Source of the DNA: Pseudomonas phage vB_PaeM_GXNNA8
Sequence record: PV400810.1
Direction: 5' to 3' (one strand)
Length of the DNA: 64,000 bases
Both the position numbers and the translations under genes were made by a program. Shown here piece after piece: positions 47,076-56,295 of this stretch. The notes under the pieces were generated by a model. It saw only the letters and a program-made list of their open reading frames with translations. It did no database searches and was not told the origin of the DNA. The first letter of the stretch is position 1, and every line of letters begins with the position of its first letter.

Positions 47076-47597
47076 TTAAGCAGACTCCCCCCAACCAAAG
47101 AACCCTGATAGTGCTTTAGACGGGGGTATTCCCTTTGGGGTTTTTATGATCTTCTCTTCCTTGTTCTTATCCTGCGTGCTCCGGTTCACCTGTTGAATCA
47201 AGCGACGGAGACTGATACCGATGTTCTCTTCGATATCATAATCCGTAATCGCCAGACTAAATTGGGCGATTGAGAGCCGACTTCCTCCCAACATAAAGTC
47301 TAAGGCAGGGTTAGCGTTATACGCCAAGGCAAACTTGGATCCGGTCTTGTCACGACCGTTATGTTCGAAGATCACCACAGTACCGCAGTCCGTACCGATC
47401 AAAATAAGACGACGACCTGTTTTAGGATCCAGTGCTTTAAAGACCTTACCCACTGGGAGTTGAAGTCTTACAGCACCCTCGTACATATTCCCTGAGCTCC
47501 TCCATTCGGGATCAAAAGCCATTGAGTTATCTATGCGGGCTATCACGTTTTCGAAACGTTTAGCCAACTCAAGACTTTCGTCTAGTATCGCCAGCAT
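47076..47597 (-). CDS. hypothetical protein
   Basis: 173-aa ORF. Confidence 0.4.
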   Translation of the reverse strand: MLAILDESLELAKRFENVIARIDNSMAFDPEWRSSGNMYEGAVRLQLPVGKVFKALDPKTGRRLILIGTDCGTVVIFEHNGRDKTGSKFALAYNANPALDFMLGGSRLSIAQFSLAITDYDIEENIGISLRRLIQQVNRSTQDKNKEEKIIKTPKGIPPSKALSGFFGWGESA

Positions 47598-47692
47598 AGA
47601 GCATATCCTCCTTTAATTGACTAAGGAAACCAATGCCTTATTCACCCTAGTGATATAGACCTCAAAGAACATGCAAGTTAAAATACGACAAC

Positions 47693-47724
47693 CTACTGCC
47701 TAGCCCATTACGGCTAGGCAGTAG
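47693..47724 (-). terminator. intrinsic terminator after tmk
   Basis: CTACTGCCTAGCC-CATTAC-GGCTAGGCAGTAG 13-bp stem, 10 nt after the tmk stop, followed by GGUUGUCGUAUUUUAACUU. Confidence 0.55.
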
Positions 47725-47733
47725 TGACGTGTT

Positions 47734-48387
47734 CTAATATTTATTACACAGGCGTTCCAGATAGGTGGTCATTTGATTGAACACCTCGTCTTCACTCACG
47801 GTGGCGTCAATGAGCGCACAGTCACGGCCTGTTTGCCCCATGCGTCGATACGCTGTACGGGCCTTTTCATAGAATTCAACCGTTTGAGAATCCAGACGGT
47901 TCATACCACCCCGTTGATGGACCCGGTCCAACACCACCTCAACCGGTGCATCCAGAATGAACGTAAAGTGAGGCCAGAAGTCTTGGGTCAGTAAGCGGTG
48001 TAACTCCAGGATTTTCCCTACCCCCAATCCCCGGGCTTCCCCTTGGTACGCTATGGTCGTATGCACATACCGATCACAGAGTACAAACTTCCCGGCTTGC
48101 AAGCTGGGTTTAACCAAGGTTTCAAGGTGTTGTACCCGAGCCGCATTGAACAACAGGAGTTCCGTCATTTGGCAAGGGCCTTCTTCACCCTCATCCAGCG
48201 ACAGGAGCAATTCCCTGATACGGTTACAGTACGGAGTCCCACCTGGTTCTCGGGTCTTAACCACATCCACACCACGTTCTACTAACCAGTTCGCTATGCG
48301 ATTAACAACAGTGGTCTTACCCGTTCCATCCAACCCCTCCACCACACAAAACATTCCGGAGTAGAGACTAGCGAAATTCATAGTCAT
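47734..48387 (-). CDS. tmk: thymidylate kinase
   Basis: P-loop VEGLDGTGKTT, followed by ...REPGGT, with a DRY-like LCDRY motif. The length of 217 aa is typical of dTMP kinase. Confidence 0.85.
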   Translation of the reverse strand: MTMNFASLYSGMFCVVEGLDGTGKTTVVNRIANWLVERGVDVVKTREPGGTPYCNRIRELLLSLDEGEEGPCQMTELLLFNAARVQHLETLVKPSLQAGKFVLCDRYVHTTIAYQGEARGLGVGKILELHRLLTQDFWPHFTFILDAPVEVVLDRVHQRGGMNRLDSQTVEFYEKARTAYRRMGQTGRDCALIDATVSEDEVFNQMTTYLERLCNKY

Positions 48388-48563
48388 TTCCCGATTTTTA
48401 TTTCAAAGTTGAATCGCTTGGGTTTCTCATACGTCTTGAGGATACCTGCGTCCCCTTCAGGTCTGCTGGGGTCGTACGGACGGCGTTCTTCAGGAATATG
48501 ATCGTAAACCTTACCGAGGGATTCCAGCAGTTTACGGTCGATTTTAACATCGTTGTTAGCCAT
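48384..48563 (-). CDS. hypothetical small protein (59 aa)
   Basis: Not in the ORF track (<60 aa). ATG 48563 with GGAG 8 nt upstream. The TGA stop overlaps the tmk ATG (ATGA), suggesting translational coupling. Confidence 0.35.
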   Translation of the reverse strand: MANNDVKIDRKLLESLGKVYDHIPEERRPYDPSRPEGDAGILKTYEKPKRFNFEIKIGK

Positions 48564-48586
48564 AACGAATACTCCAGTGTTGTAGG

Positions 48587-49504
48587 CTACTCTCTACTCC
48601 GTAAGATATCATTAATCACACCCAAATAAACCCCCTTAACTTCTTCATAGTCATTCATCCAGTAACCGGATTTCCTCCTGATGATACCCTGGGTGATCTC
48701 ATGCAGTGTTCCACCAAGATCATCTTCTATCTCTAGGTCTTTAGGGGTGGGCAACCCTACCAATAACCTCATCGCAGGGGTGGAGTCTTTCAAACGAAAG
48801 ACAAAGCGTTGAGTCGGTAGAGGAATACCTGCCCTTTCCCACTCTACCTCCTTCTCCTTAGAGACCGTAAGGACCACTTCATCGTTCTCTTTTAGAGTAT
48901 ACCAATGTGAAATGAGATTGGGGAGTACTAGCTCTTTCAATTCCCCGGGAAGATCGTTGTAAAGGATTCGCTTAGGGACATCCCACAATGGGGCTATAAA
49001 TGGCCGACAACCTATGTCCGTGCCCGCCAATTTACCGAGTGTGGCGGGAAGATTCAACAGTACCTGGTAATCTGATTCACTCCATTCATTGATGTTTAAC
49101 GTGTGTTCTGAGGTGTCTTCCTGTATGAACCCTATCCACGTACTGGGGAATAGGTGAATGTTACTCCGAGACGCCTGCATCATCCCCAATACCACATTCA
49201 GGGATTGATTAGCAATATGAACGAATGGACTCTGTCTGTTGCTATCAATGGTGTAAATGGAAGGAACGGCCATACTCGTGTCCATCATCACGAAGGTCTT
49301 TCCAATGGACCCTGGGTAGTCATCCGTGTGATCTCTGAAATAGTCTTCCACTTTAGCGAGTGCCATTAATTCCACCAAGGTCACGCATGCACTACCCGTG
49401 GCATTCACCAAGCAAGGATTCACTGTATGGCCTGCTTTCATGGCTTTATGATACATCGCCACAGATTCCACCCCACCACTCCAAGCCAAATTAATAACAG
49501 CCAT
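48587..49504 (-). CDS. PP-loop superfamily ATP pyrophosphatase (QueC/TilS/PAPS-reductase-like)
   Basis: The N-terminal VINLAWSGGVESVAM carries the SGGxDS-type PP-loop. 305 aa. The precise family cannot be assigned by eye. Confidence 0.5.
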   Translation of the reverse strand: MAVINLAWSGGVESVAMYHKAMKAGHTVNPCLVNATGSACVTLVELMALAKVEDYFRDHTDDYPGSIGKTFVMMDTSMAVPSIYTIDSNRQSPFVHIANQSLNVVLGMMQASRSNIHLFPSTWIGFIQEDTSEHTLNINEWSESDYQVLLNLPATLGKLAGTDIGCRPFIAPLWDVPKRILYNDLPGELKELVLPNLISHWYTLKENDEVVLTVSKEKEVEWERAGIPLPTQRFVFRLKDSTPAMRLLVGLPTPKDLEIEDDLGGTLHEITQGIIRRKSGYWMNDYEEVKGVYLGVINDILRSRE

Positions 49505-49531
49505 TCTCTTTCCTCCAAATAAATAAAGAAA

Positions 49532-49560
49532 CCAGTAGGTAGGGGTATCCCCTACCTACT
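49532..49560 (-). terminator. intrinsic terminator hairpin
   Basis: CAGTAGGTAGGGG-TAT-CCCCTACCTACTG perfect 13-bp stem, followed by GUUUCUUUAUUUAUUUGGAG on the minus strand. Confidence 0.55.
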
Positions 49561-49570
49561 GATCGTCTGG

Positions 49571-49906
49571 TTATTGCGGTTGATAGTGAGCAATGATCTC
49601 TTTAAGTACCGCAGTGAGATCTTCCTCGTGGAAGGCGATCCGTTCTCGCGTGGACAGACTGATAATCCCCAAAGAGACATATTCACCCGTAGGGGTCAGT
49701 TTAGCCACCGGTGTTTCCCGGGATGGGAAATGGTAGAACCAAACCCCATTCGGACTGATAACGGCGGTCAACCCGTTACGACCTTCGGTCTGGTATACCG
49801 TGGGCGTTTGATCCTTCCCCTGTTCTTTAAGAACCTCCAACAGTTGGAAGAACGTGTCCAAAAGCGTCTTACTGGTTGCTTTGGTACAGAACGAATCCCC
49901 TCTCAC
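49571..49906 (-). CDS. hypothetical protein
   Basis: 111-aa ORF with a hairpin terminator downstream. Confidence 0.4.
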   Translation of the reverse strand: MRGDSFCTKATSKTLLDTFFQLLEVLKEQGKDQTPTVYQTEGRNGLTAVISPNGVWFYHFPSRETPVAKLTPTGEYVSLGIISLSTRERIAFHEEDLTAVLKEIIAHYQPQ

Positions 49907-50721
49907 TGACCCTGCCCCTTGATGATATCCACAATCTGGTCAATCCGGTTGATGATCAAACCTGACCAAGGTTCGAACCCAACGAGTTCACCGTCATCCG
50001 ATTTGATGGGGGCATCTTTGTTGGTATGCTGAGCGATCAACTCTTTGACCGTAAACCACCCCATATCCTTGTTGTTCACTTCGTTGGACATATCGAACGT
50101 GGTGTTGTGTTCCACCACCGGAACCAGACAGATAACACCGACGTGAATATTCCCAACGTACCCGGGCTCACCCTTATCCATTACGAACCCAATAGGAAAC
50201 GCCTTCTGAGTAACTTCTTCGGTGATATCACCCCGGTTAAATGAGTAGAAGGAGACCTCCTCCAGGAATTCACGACGGAGATTAGCCTCCACGGTATGAG
50301 CCCAATCGATCACCGAAGTTTCCCCGTAGAACTTATCAGCTTCCAGGTAGTGGGAAATGTCTTCCTTCTCGATATGACCCCCGGGGGCCAGGGACAAGCA
50401 GCTACTCAGGCGTTGATCCCCAGCTTTCTTGGTACGTTGATACACTGCGAACTCGATATTCCCATCGGTACTGATACGGTACGGGAGACCGTAGGCAATC
50501 CCTTGACGGAAGAGTTCATGCTGGTTGTTCAGGGAACGAACAGAACCCATGACCGCACTATCCAGTTCGTTCAGGATCTTGATGGTGGCTTCTTGCCCCA
50601 AGATCGTGGCCTCGTTAACAGGCACCAAGGCTTCAACACTGGGAGAATGAACCCCGTAGGTGAATTCACCGTACTTCTTGAATTCGTGCGACTCTTTAAC
50701 CACTTGTTTAGGGACGATCAT
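49903..50721 (-). CDS. hypothetical protein (weak Nudix-like REx2EE signature)
   Basis: 272 aa. ANLRREFLEEVSF partially fits the Nudix box REUxEExGU, but the upstream Gx5Ex7 part is imperfect. Confidence 0.35.
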   Translation of the reverse strand: MIVPKQVVKESHEFKKYGEFTYGVHSPSVEALVPVNEATILGQEATIKILNELDSAVMGSVRSLNNQHELFRQGIAYGLPYRISTDGNIEFAVYQRTKKAGDQRLSSCLSLAPGGHIEKEDISHYLEADKFYGETSVIDWAHTVEANLRREFLEEVSFYSFNRGDITEEVTQKAFPIGFVMDKGEPGYVGNIHVGVICLVPVVEHNTTFDMSNEVNNKDMGWFTVKELIAQHTNKDAPIKSDDGELVGFEPWSGLIINRIDQIVDIIKGQGQ

Positions 50722-50733
50722 GGAATAAACCTC

Positions 50734-51039
50734 TTAGTTGACAGTGGAAGTGGGGGGTGTTGCGGCTTTGAGTTTCTCTGAGATCTGTTCAAAGATCAGC
50801 GAGAGAGCTTTTTCAGTGTCCTTACGGCTAAACGGACTCCCTTCAATATTCACGGTGATATCACCGTCACTGGGGATTTCGATCGTGGCATACACCACAC
50901 CCTCCTTCCCCTGTTCAATGACAATGAAGGTTTCGAGATGCCCCATCATAACCCTCAAGGGTTTATATTCAAACGTCCGAATCACCGAAGGTTCAGCTTC
51001 CAGCGCCATCTCGAACGTGATGATGTTATCACTTAGCAT
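50734..51039 (-). CDS. hypothetical protein
   Basis: 101-aa ORF. Confidence 0.35.
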   Translation of the reverse strand: MLSDNIITFEMALEAEPSVIRTFEYKPLRVMMGHLETFIVIEQGKEGVVYATIEIPSDGDITVNIEGSPFSRKDTEKALSLIFEQISEKLKAATPPTSTVN

Positions 51040-51041
51040 AT

Positions 51042-51713
51042 CTACCCCTCATGGTCTTGAAATCGGTTAGGCTGAATCATTAGGCGCGAGAGACCCTTCT
51101 TACCCAGCATGAACCATTGGATCTGTAACCCTATCCCTACAAGGTCCTCTTCCGTCAGGATGTCATCCATTACTTCGTACTTGAGGACCTGGTTTCCAGA
51201 ATGGATGCTCCCAATGAGGGCATCACTGTCCCCATTCACTACCGCGGCATACCAATCCGTATCGTTCAGGGTTTCAAAATACTCGTTTTTCGCACTGTAG
51301 TAACGGATAAGGTAACCCGTTTCACCCCGGATGGTCAGTCGAATCGTCCGAGACTCCGCCTCCCAGAAGGTCCCTTCCGCATCCGGTTCCGTAACGACGA
51401 TGTGACTCAGATGCTTTAACCCCCCTACCTCGATCAGTCCAGTGGGTTTAACCTTATTGATCTGATCTTTCAATTGGGTATGGATATCGGCCAACAACTC
51501 GGCATCTACGAGATCCACTCGGTAACTGGAGAATGAGAACCCAGTTGGACTATCTTCAATCCGAGCAATCGTCCCTTCTGCATTCCAGAGGGTAACCTCC
51601 CAGCCTTCACCCTTACGGGTATAATCAAACCGGAAATACAGGTTGTTCTTGATAGCAATAGGGATACCGCGTTGATTGTCCTCCCAATTGATGGCTTTAA
51701 ATAAACGTTTCAT
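51042..51713 (-). CDS. hypothetical protein
   Basis: 223-aa ORF. Confidence 0.4.
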   Translation of the reverse strand: MKRLFKAINWEDNQRGIPIAIKNNLYFRFDYTRKGEGWEVTLWNAEGTIARIEDSPTGFSFSSYRVDLVDAELLADIHTQLKDQINKVKPTGLIEVGGLKHLSHIVVTEPDAEGTFWEAESRTIRLTIRGETGYLIRYYSAKNEYFETLNDTDWYAAVVNGDSDALIGSIHSGNQVLKYEVMDDILTEEDLVGIGLQIQWFMLGKKGLSRLMIQPNRFQDHEG

Positions 51714-51765
51714 CGCGAACAGTCCTTGGAATAGGGAAGGGGTAGTTGCCTACCCCTAGGTAAGA

Positions 51766-52140
51766 TTACTCTTGCGGAGGAATGAGGGTGGTACGGTTGT
51801 CGCAGTGTTCCTTGATGAACGACCGGTGGATGGCATAGGTGACCATAACCAAGAACTTCTCGAGATACTCGATGAGGTTCTTTTCGTCAACGCTGGATTT
51901 CGGTATCGAAAAGGTGATACCTTCGGAACGGGCGCGGTAATGCACCAGCAGTTCATCATCACGCTCGACGACGATGTCAGCAACCAACGCGCCCGGCCGC
52001 GCTTTCAGCTTGACCTCGCCGATGTAGAACTCGACGATCGACGCGTTCATCTGGAAGGTAAGGGTTTGGAGCCCGAACATCATCGCTTCGATACGCTGCT
52101 CCATTGGAGTCTCAGCCAAACTCTCTTGGGTGTATTGCAT
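51766..52140 (-). CDS. hypothetical protein
   Basis: 124-aa ORF. Confidence 0.35.
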   Translation of the reverse strand: MQYTQESLAETPMEQRIEAMMFGLQTLTFQMNASIVEFYIGEVKLKARPGALVADIVVERDDELLVHYRARSEGITFSIPKSSVDEKNLIEYLEKFLVMVTYAIHRSFIKEHCDNRTTLIPPQE

Positions 52141-52385
52141 TACTTAAGCTCCTTACAGTTGATGGTCAAGGTAACAAGACCTTTGGTGATGGATTTGCGG
52201 GCTTTGAGGTATTCCTTGCCTTGCGAGAAGATGTTGTTCTGCAAGCCGTGATGTTCAACAACCTGGCGCATGGCGGCCGAGCATTGAGTTGAATCATCCA
52301 ACAAGGTGGATGTTGTAGCAACGTTGTCGTTGTTACCCATGCTGAGGATGTTTATGGTGACCAACAGCAGTGCTTTCGCGCTCAT
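52140..52385 (-). CDS. small secreted protein (signal peptide)
   Basis: 81 aa. MSAKALLLVTINILSMG is a hydrophobic signal-like N-terminus. Overlapping start/stop with its neighbours. Confidence 0.35.
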   Translation of the reverse strand: MSAKALLLVTINILSMGNNDNVATTSTLLDDSTQCSAAMRQVVEHHGLQNNIFSQGKEYLKARKSITKGLVTLTINCKELK

Positions 52386-53173
52386 GGTAGTAACCTGTGT
52401 GCTCTGAGCGAGGGGTGCTCTTCCAGCATCCTTTCTCGCATGGGGTCAATGAAATCATGAAGAACCTCAATCAACCGACCACGGCTGAGGTCGGCAGTCC
52501 CGAAAGGTTCCTTGCGCAGCTTGCCGTGAGGGTTGGTACCAAACAACGCCAACGGCTTGCTCTCTTCGGTCTGCGGGGTAACCACATGTTCACGTAAAGC
52601 GAACTCCCAACTGTCGTCCGTCCAATGCACTGCGAGGGTGTAAGGGGGGCTCTCAAAGTCCCACTTGACGCTAACCCTACCTGGCAGAATCAGTGGACTG
52701 AGGATGTCCTTGATACGCTTGGCGACGATCAGCAACTCTTCCTCGAACAATACCTCGCCAGAGAGACCTGTTTCGAAGTCGATGGTCGGCGCAAGATTCA
52801 CCCGTGCAGGTGCGTTCTCAACTGCAATTTTGTAAGCGCCGAGGAGACGAATAGCGTCGGTCGAGTTGAACAGCTGCTCGTTGCGCAGGTTAATGTCCAA
52901 GCCCAGTCGGCCTTCATCGTCCGGTTCACTCACACCGATGGAGGCGATGTAGGTACTGCCGCATGCCGTGATCTTGTAAACCTCCATCGATTTACCACGG
53001 TTGATAGTATTATCGAGAATGAACCCCGATTGACGTTGCGGGGTTGCTTCGGTGGCCAGGTGTACTTCGCCGCGCAAGTAGACCGGTGGGGTCTTACGCG
53101 GATCGTTGGTGTTGGCTAGGACCAGCCATTCTTTCAGGAAAGAAGCGAGGGTGTGCAGGTCAGTAGTTTTCAT
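52382..53173 (-). CDS. hypothetical protein
   Basis: 263-aa ORF. Confidence 0.4.
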   Translation of the reverse strand: MKTTDLHTLASFLKEWLVLANTNDPRKTPPVYLRGEVHLATEATPQRQSGFILDNTINRGKSMEVYKITACGSTYIASIGVSEPDDEGRLGLDINLRNEQLFNSTDAIRLLGAYKIAVENAPARVNLAPTIDFETGLSGEVLFEEELLIVAKRIKDILSPLILPGRVSVKWDFESPPYTLAVHWTDDSWEFALREHVVTPQTEESKPLALFGTNPHGKLRKEPFGTADLSRGRLIEVLHDFIDPMRERMLEEHPSLRAHRLLP

Positions 53174-53294
53174 TTATACATGGGGTCCTTTCAACGTGGT
53201 AGATGAGGATAAAGAATGCGTAAGCCTGCTGTAATACTACCAATGATGTACTGGCCTTCAACCCCCGCACTCCTTAAATCAAAAAATAGTCCCT

Positions 53295-53329
53295 ATAAAG
53301 CTAGTGGTCCTAACGGCCACTAGCTTTAT
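53295..53329 (-). terminator. intrinsic terminator hairpin
   Basis: ATAAAGCTAGTGG...CCACTAGCTTTAT 13-bp stem, followed on the minus strand by AGGGACUAUUUUUUGAUUU. Confidence 0.5.
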
Positions 53330-53340
53330 TGAAGGAATGC

Positions 53341-53781
53341 TTACTCGAACAGCTTGGCGGCCTGTTCCTGGCTGGCCGTACGTTGGGTTTCCAACCAAAC
53401 GGCTTGTTCTTCGGTATGCGTGTAATCGACTGCGGTGGTGCTTTGCCCCCACAGATAATCTTCACCCACTTTCTGTTTCAGGTGATGCTGGGAATTGATG
53501 TTCAACCCCCCGAGGTTCAGGGTACCGTCGACGGTGGTCAGTTCCTTGTTGTTTTCGAATTGACTCCGGGCGATCTGGGAGGTGGCTGTTTCAACCTGCG
53601 CGCTGATATCGTTGAAGAAATTGACATGCTGGAGAATGCTGTCTTGGGTAACACCCTTAGGCAGTTCCACCTTCTCCGAATCGAACGTGATGTGGTTGGT
53701 GGCCTTATTGTAGTCGTGCGCGTCTACCAGACCTTTAACGCCCTTTTCCATCCATTCGCCGTATTCTTTATTGATCGACAT
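53341..53781 (-). CDS. hypothetical protein
   Basis: 146-aa ORF with a terminator hairpin downstream. Confidence 0.4.
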   Translation of the reverse strand: MSINKEYGEWMEKGVKGLVDAHDYNKATNHITFDSEKVELPKGVTQDSILQHVNFFNDISAQVETATSQIARSQFENNKELTTVDGTLNLGGLNINSQHHLKQKVGEDYLWGQSTTAVDYTHTEEQAVWLETQRTASQEQAAKLFE

Positions 53782-53920
53782 AACAACCTCTTACTGTCCA
53801 AAAGTGGTGGTGTGACGACACCAAGACAAAGCAAGGGAAGTGGTGTACTGCCCTCGTCAGGTAGGTCCTGATGTCGCTCACCCAAGTAATATAGACCTGA
53901 AATCTTTTGGGCGAAACCCC

Positions 53921-54589
53921 TTACTGCTTGCAGGGTTGGTGCAGGAAGTTCTCCAACACATCCAACGGGGTTTGTTGGAAATCAACCGATCCGCTCTCGA
54001 AGTAAGTTTCTGCTTCCTTCAGCAGGTTCTCAAAGAACTCATCTGTAAACCCATTGTTACCGATCAACTCACTCAGGCTACTGGTGAGGTCAGGGTAGTC
54101 CTCTTCCGGGACACCCGGTTCATCCACACGGTACCCCAGGTAGTTAATCAGGATACGGGCACGATCCCGGGGTTTGTCTTCATCGGTCAGGATATACTCC
54201 ACCAGGGTTTTATCAACTCCCAATACACGGGTGGCAACCAATTCGAACAACTGTTCGGAACTGTTCACTTCCATGGTACAAATCTTGTCCACAGTGGCTT
54301 TGGTCAGGACATGTTCATGGGTCAGAGTATGTTTGGACCACATGCCCGGCAGTACCCCCACGGTGTTCATATACAACTTAGCCAGCTTCGCCACATAGAT
54401 CCGGACCGCATCGGTTTTCTGAGTGGAAGTAAACACGCCTTTGATGAAATGGATGTCTGTATCAGCATTCTTGGAACGTTCCCATTCCTTCTGGGCGGTT
54501 TCCCACAATACCTGGAGAACATTAAACCCTCCCTTCACCTCACGCAGATGAAGAACCAGGGTTTGGAAATTAAGCTTTTCAATCAACAT
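53921..54589 (-). CDS. hypothetical protein
   Basis: 222-aa ORF. Confidence 0.4.
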   Translation of the reverse strand: MLIEKLNFQTLVLHLREVKGGFNVLQVLWETAQKEWERSKNADTDIHFIKGVFTSTQKTDAVRIYVAKLAKLYMNTVGVLPGMWSKHTLTHEHVLTKATVDKICTMEVNSSEQLFELVATRVLGVDKTLVEYILTDEDKPRDRARILINYLGYRVDEPGVPEEDYPDLTSSLSELIGNNGFTDEFFENLLKEAETYFESGSVDFQQTPLDVLENFLHQPCKQ

Positions 54590-54707
54590 AAGGAAATTCC
54601 TTCTGGTTTAGATAGATAGCCGCAACGGACTATAAGAATAAACAAACAGCTAAAATTAATAACCTAGCCTTGGGGTCTACCCCAAGGCTAGGTGTGCTGG
54701 CTCAGGC

Positions 54708-55571
54708 TTACCGGAACACATCCAACGAACTGGACACAATCAACCGTGCGGGTTTGGATTGAGCAGGCGTTCGTCTACGGAGATCATCCAGCATTTCCTG
54801 TACTCGAACAAAGCTTTCTGTACCCGCATAACGTTCCGCCACTTCAGGTGAACGCATCTTCTGATCACAGATGAAGAAGAGCTCTTCCATGGTCGTGGTG
54901 AACTCCATTTCCCCACCCTCAGCGGAATAGTCGTCCAGAAGGCTCTCCAAGCCCGCTGTGAGGTGTTTACAGGCACGGAGTATACCCTGCTCTATGACAG
55001 CGTCATACGTGCTCCAGTAGTCCACCTCGCGCGTTTTATCGCCAAAGTTCTGAGGCTTGGTTACCGTACGGATACTAAACGCCGTATTAATATCCGGATT
55101 ATCCAGACTTTCTTGCAGCAGTTGTTTATGGTGTGGGTTCTTCGCCCACGGAATCACTTCAATGTCGTTGTAAACCGGATCATTCGGTCCACCCGTAAAG
55201 ATCCAATGAACTTTACGAATATGACCACAGACATTATCAAAATCAATGGTCCGAAGACGGTTAATCCATTCGAAGAGATCCGTGATCTGCTTGCGAACCA
55301 CTTCCCCATTGACCAAGATCTTGTAATACTGGGGTGGATGACCGATTTCACAATACATCTGACCTTCGTTCACCCGACGGTCAAAATCACTGCCTGGACG
55401 GGCACACTCACGAATGTAGTCATTCACACGATAGGTAATACCGGAACGGTTAGGGATATTGAACCCCCCCGCATTGATCCGGTAGTACCCCGAACTGTCC
55501 ATGGGTTTGAGAATACCCCGTTTACCACTGTTCGCCAGCAGGGTATTCTCAAAGGTTAAAGTATTACTCAT
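54708..55571 (-). CDS. hypothetical protein
   Basis: 287-aa ORF. Confidence 0.45.
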   Translation of the reverse strand: MSNTLTFENTLLANSGKRGILKPMDSSGYYRINAGGFNIPNRSGITYRVNDYIRECARPGSDFDRRVNEGQMYCEIGHPPQYYKILVNGEVVRKQITDLFEWINRLRTIDFDNVCGHIRKVHWIFTGGPNDPVYNDIEVIPWAKNPHHKQLLQESLDNPDINTAFSIRTVTKPQNFGDKTREVDYWSTYDAVIEQGILRACKHLTAGLESLLDDYSAEGGEMEFTTTMEELFFICDQKMRSPEVAERYAGTESFVRVQEMLDDLRRRTPAQSKPARLIVSSSLDVFR

Positions 55572-56292
55572 CTGGGACCCCTTTAACGATCATTTCCAGA
55601 TCGGTTACTTTGGTGTCTTGCTTGATAATAGCAGCCACCGTGTTGTCTTGGAGGAAACCTCCGGTGAGTTTCAAGTAGGTGCCGTCAATCAGCATCGAGC
55701 TGTTATTCAACCCTACCCATACCGGAGGGCGACCGTCTAGCATGGCTTGACTGTTACGATACGGATTATCCAGGTTATCCGGATCCCGCATCATAACAGA
55801 ATTAAAGATCCGCATGTGTTGCGGCGTATCACCGACTTCACTGCCTGATTGTATCTTGGCGTTATCAAACAAGGAAGTGACATCATTGTCTGATAAGTAC
55901 CAAGGAATCTTCGCGTAGAGGTCAAACTCAGTGAAATAGAAGTAGGGCTTATTGGGGTCTTGGATATACCGAAGGTTCTCAATAAGGGTATCCCCTTCTT
56001 CAAACTCCAGGATAAGGTACTGAACACCATCAATACCCGTCTCCCGAACGTTCATAGGGGCCATTGTGACATCCGTCAACGCCACCCAAGGGGAGTAACA
56101 CTCCCCCGGAATGACAACACCCGCCACTAACGTAGTGGTCACTTTATCCCCAATAAACGCTAACCCATGTTCAGTAAAACGTTTGGGAATATGAACTTCC
56201 AAAGGACGATTCGCAGTGACACTGTGATCGTCGTGGAGGGTGTACGCCTTACGGATCTTACTTCGGTCTCGTACGAGAGAAGTAACGTCCAT
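55564..56292 (-). CDS. hypothetical protein
   Basis: 242-aa ORF. Confidence 0.45.
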   Translation of the reverse strand: MDVTSLVRDRSKIRKAYTLHDDHSVTANRPLEVHIPKRFTEHGLAFIGDKVTTTLVAGVVIPGECYSPWVALTDVTMAPMNVRETGIDGVQYLILEFEEGDTLIENLRYIQDPNKPYFYFTEFDLYAKIPWYLSDNDVTSLFDNAKIQSGSEVGDTPQHMRIFNSVMMRDPDNLDNPYRNSQAMLDGRPPVWVGLNNSSMLIDGTYLKLTGGFLQDNTVAAIIKQDTKVTDLEMIVKGVPDE

Positions 56293-56295
56293 TCA

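Noticed and set aside
49903-50721. Confident Nudix hydrolase call
   Set aside because: Only the REx2EE half of the Nudix box fits. The upstream Gx5Ex7 spacing is wrong. The call is kept as hypothetical with a note.
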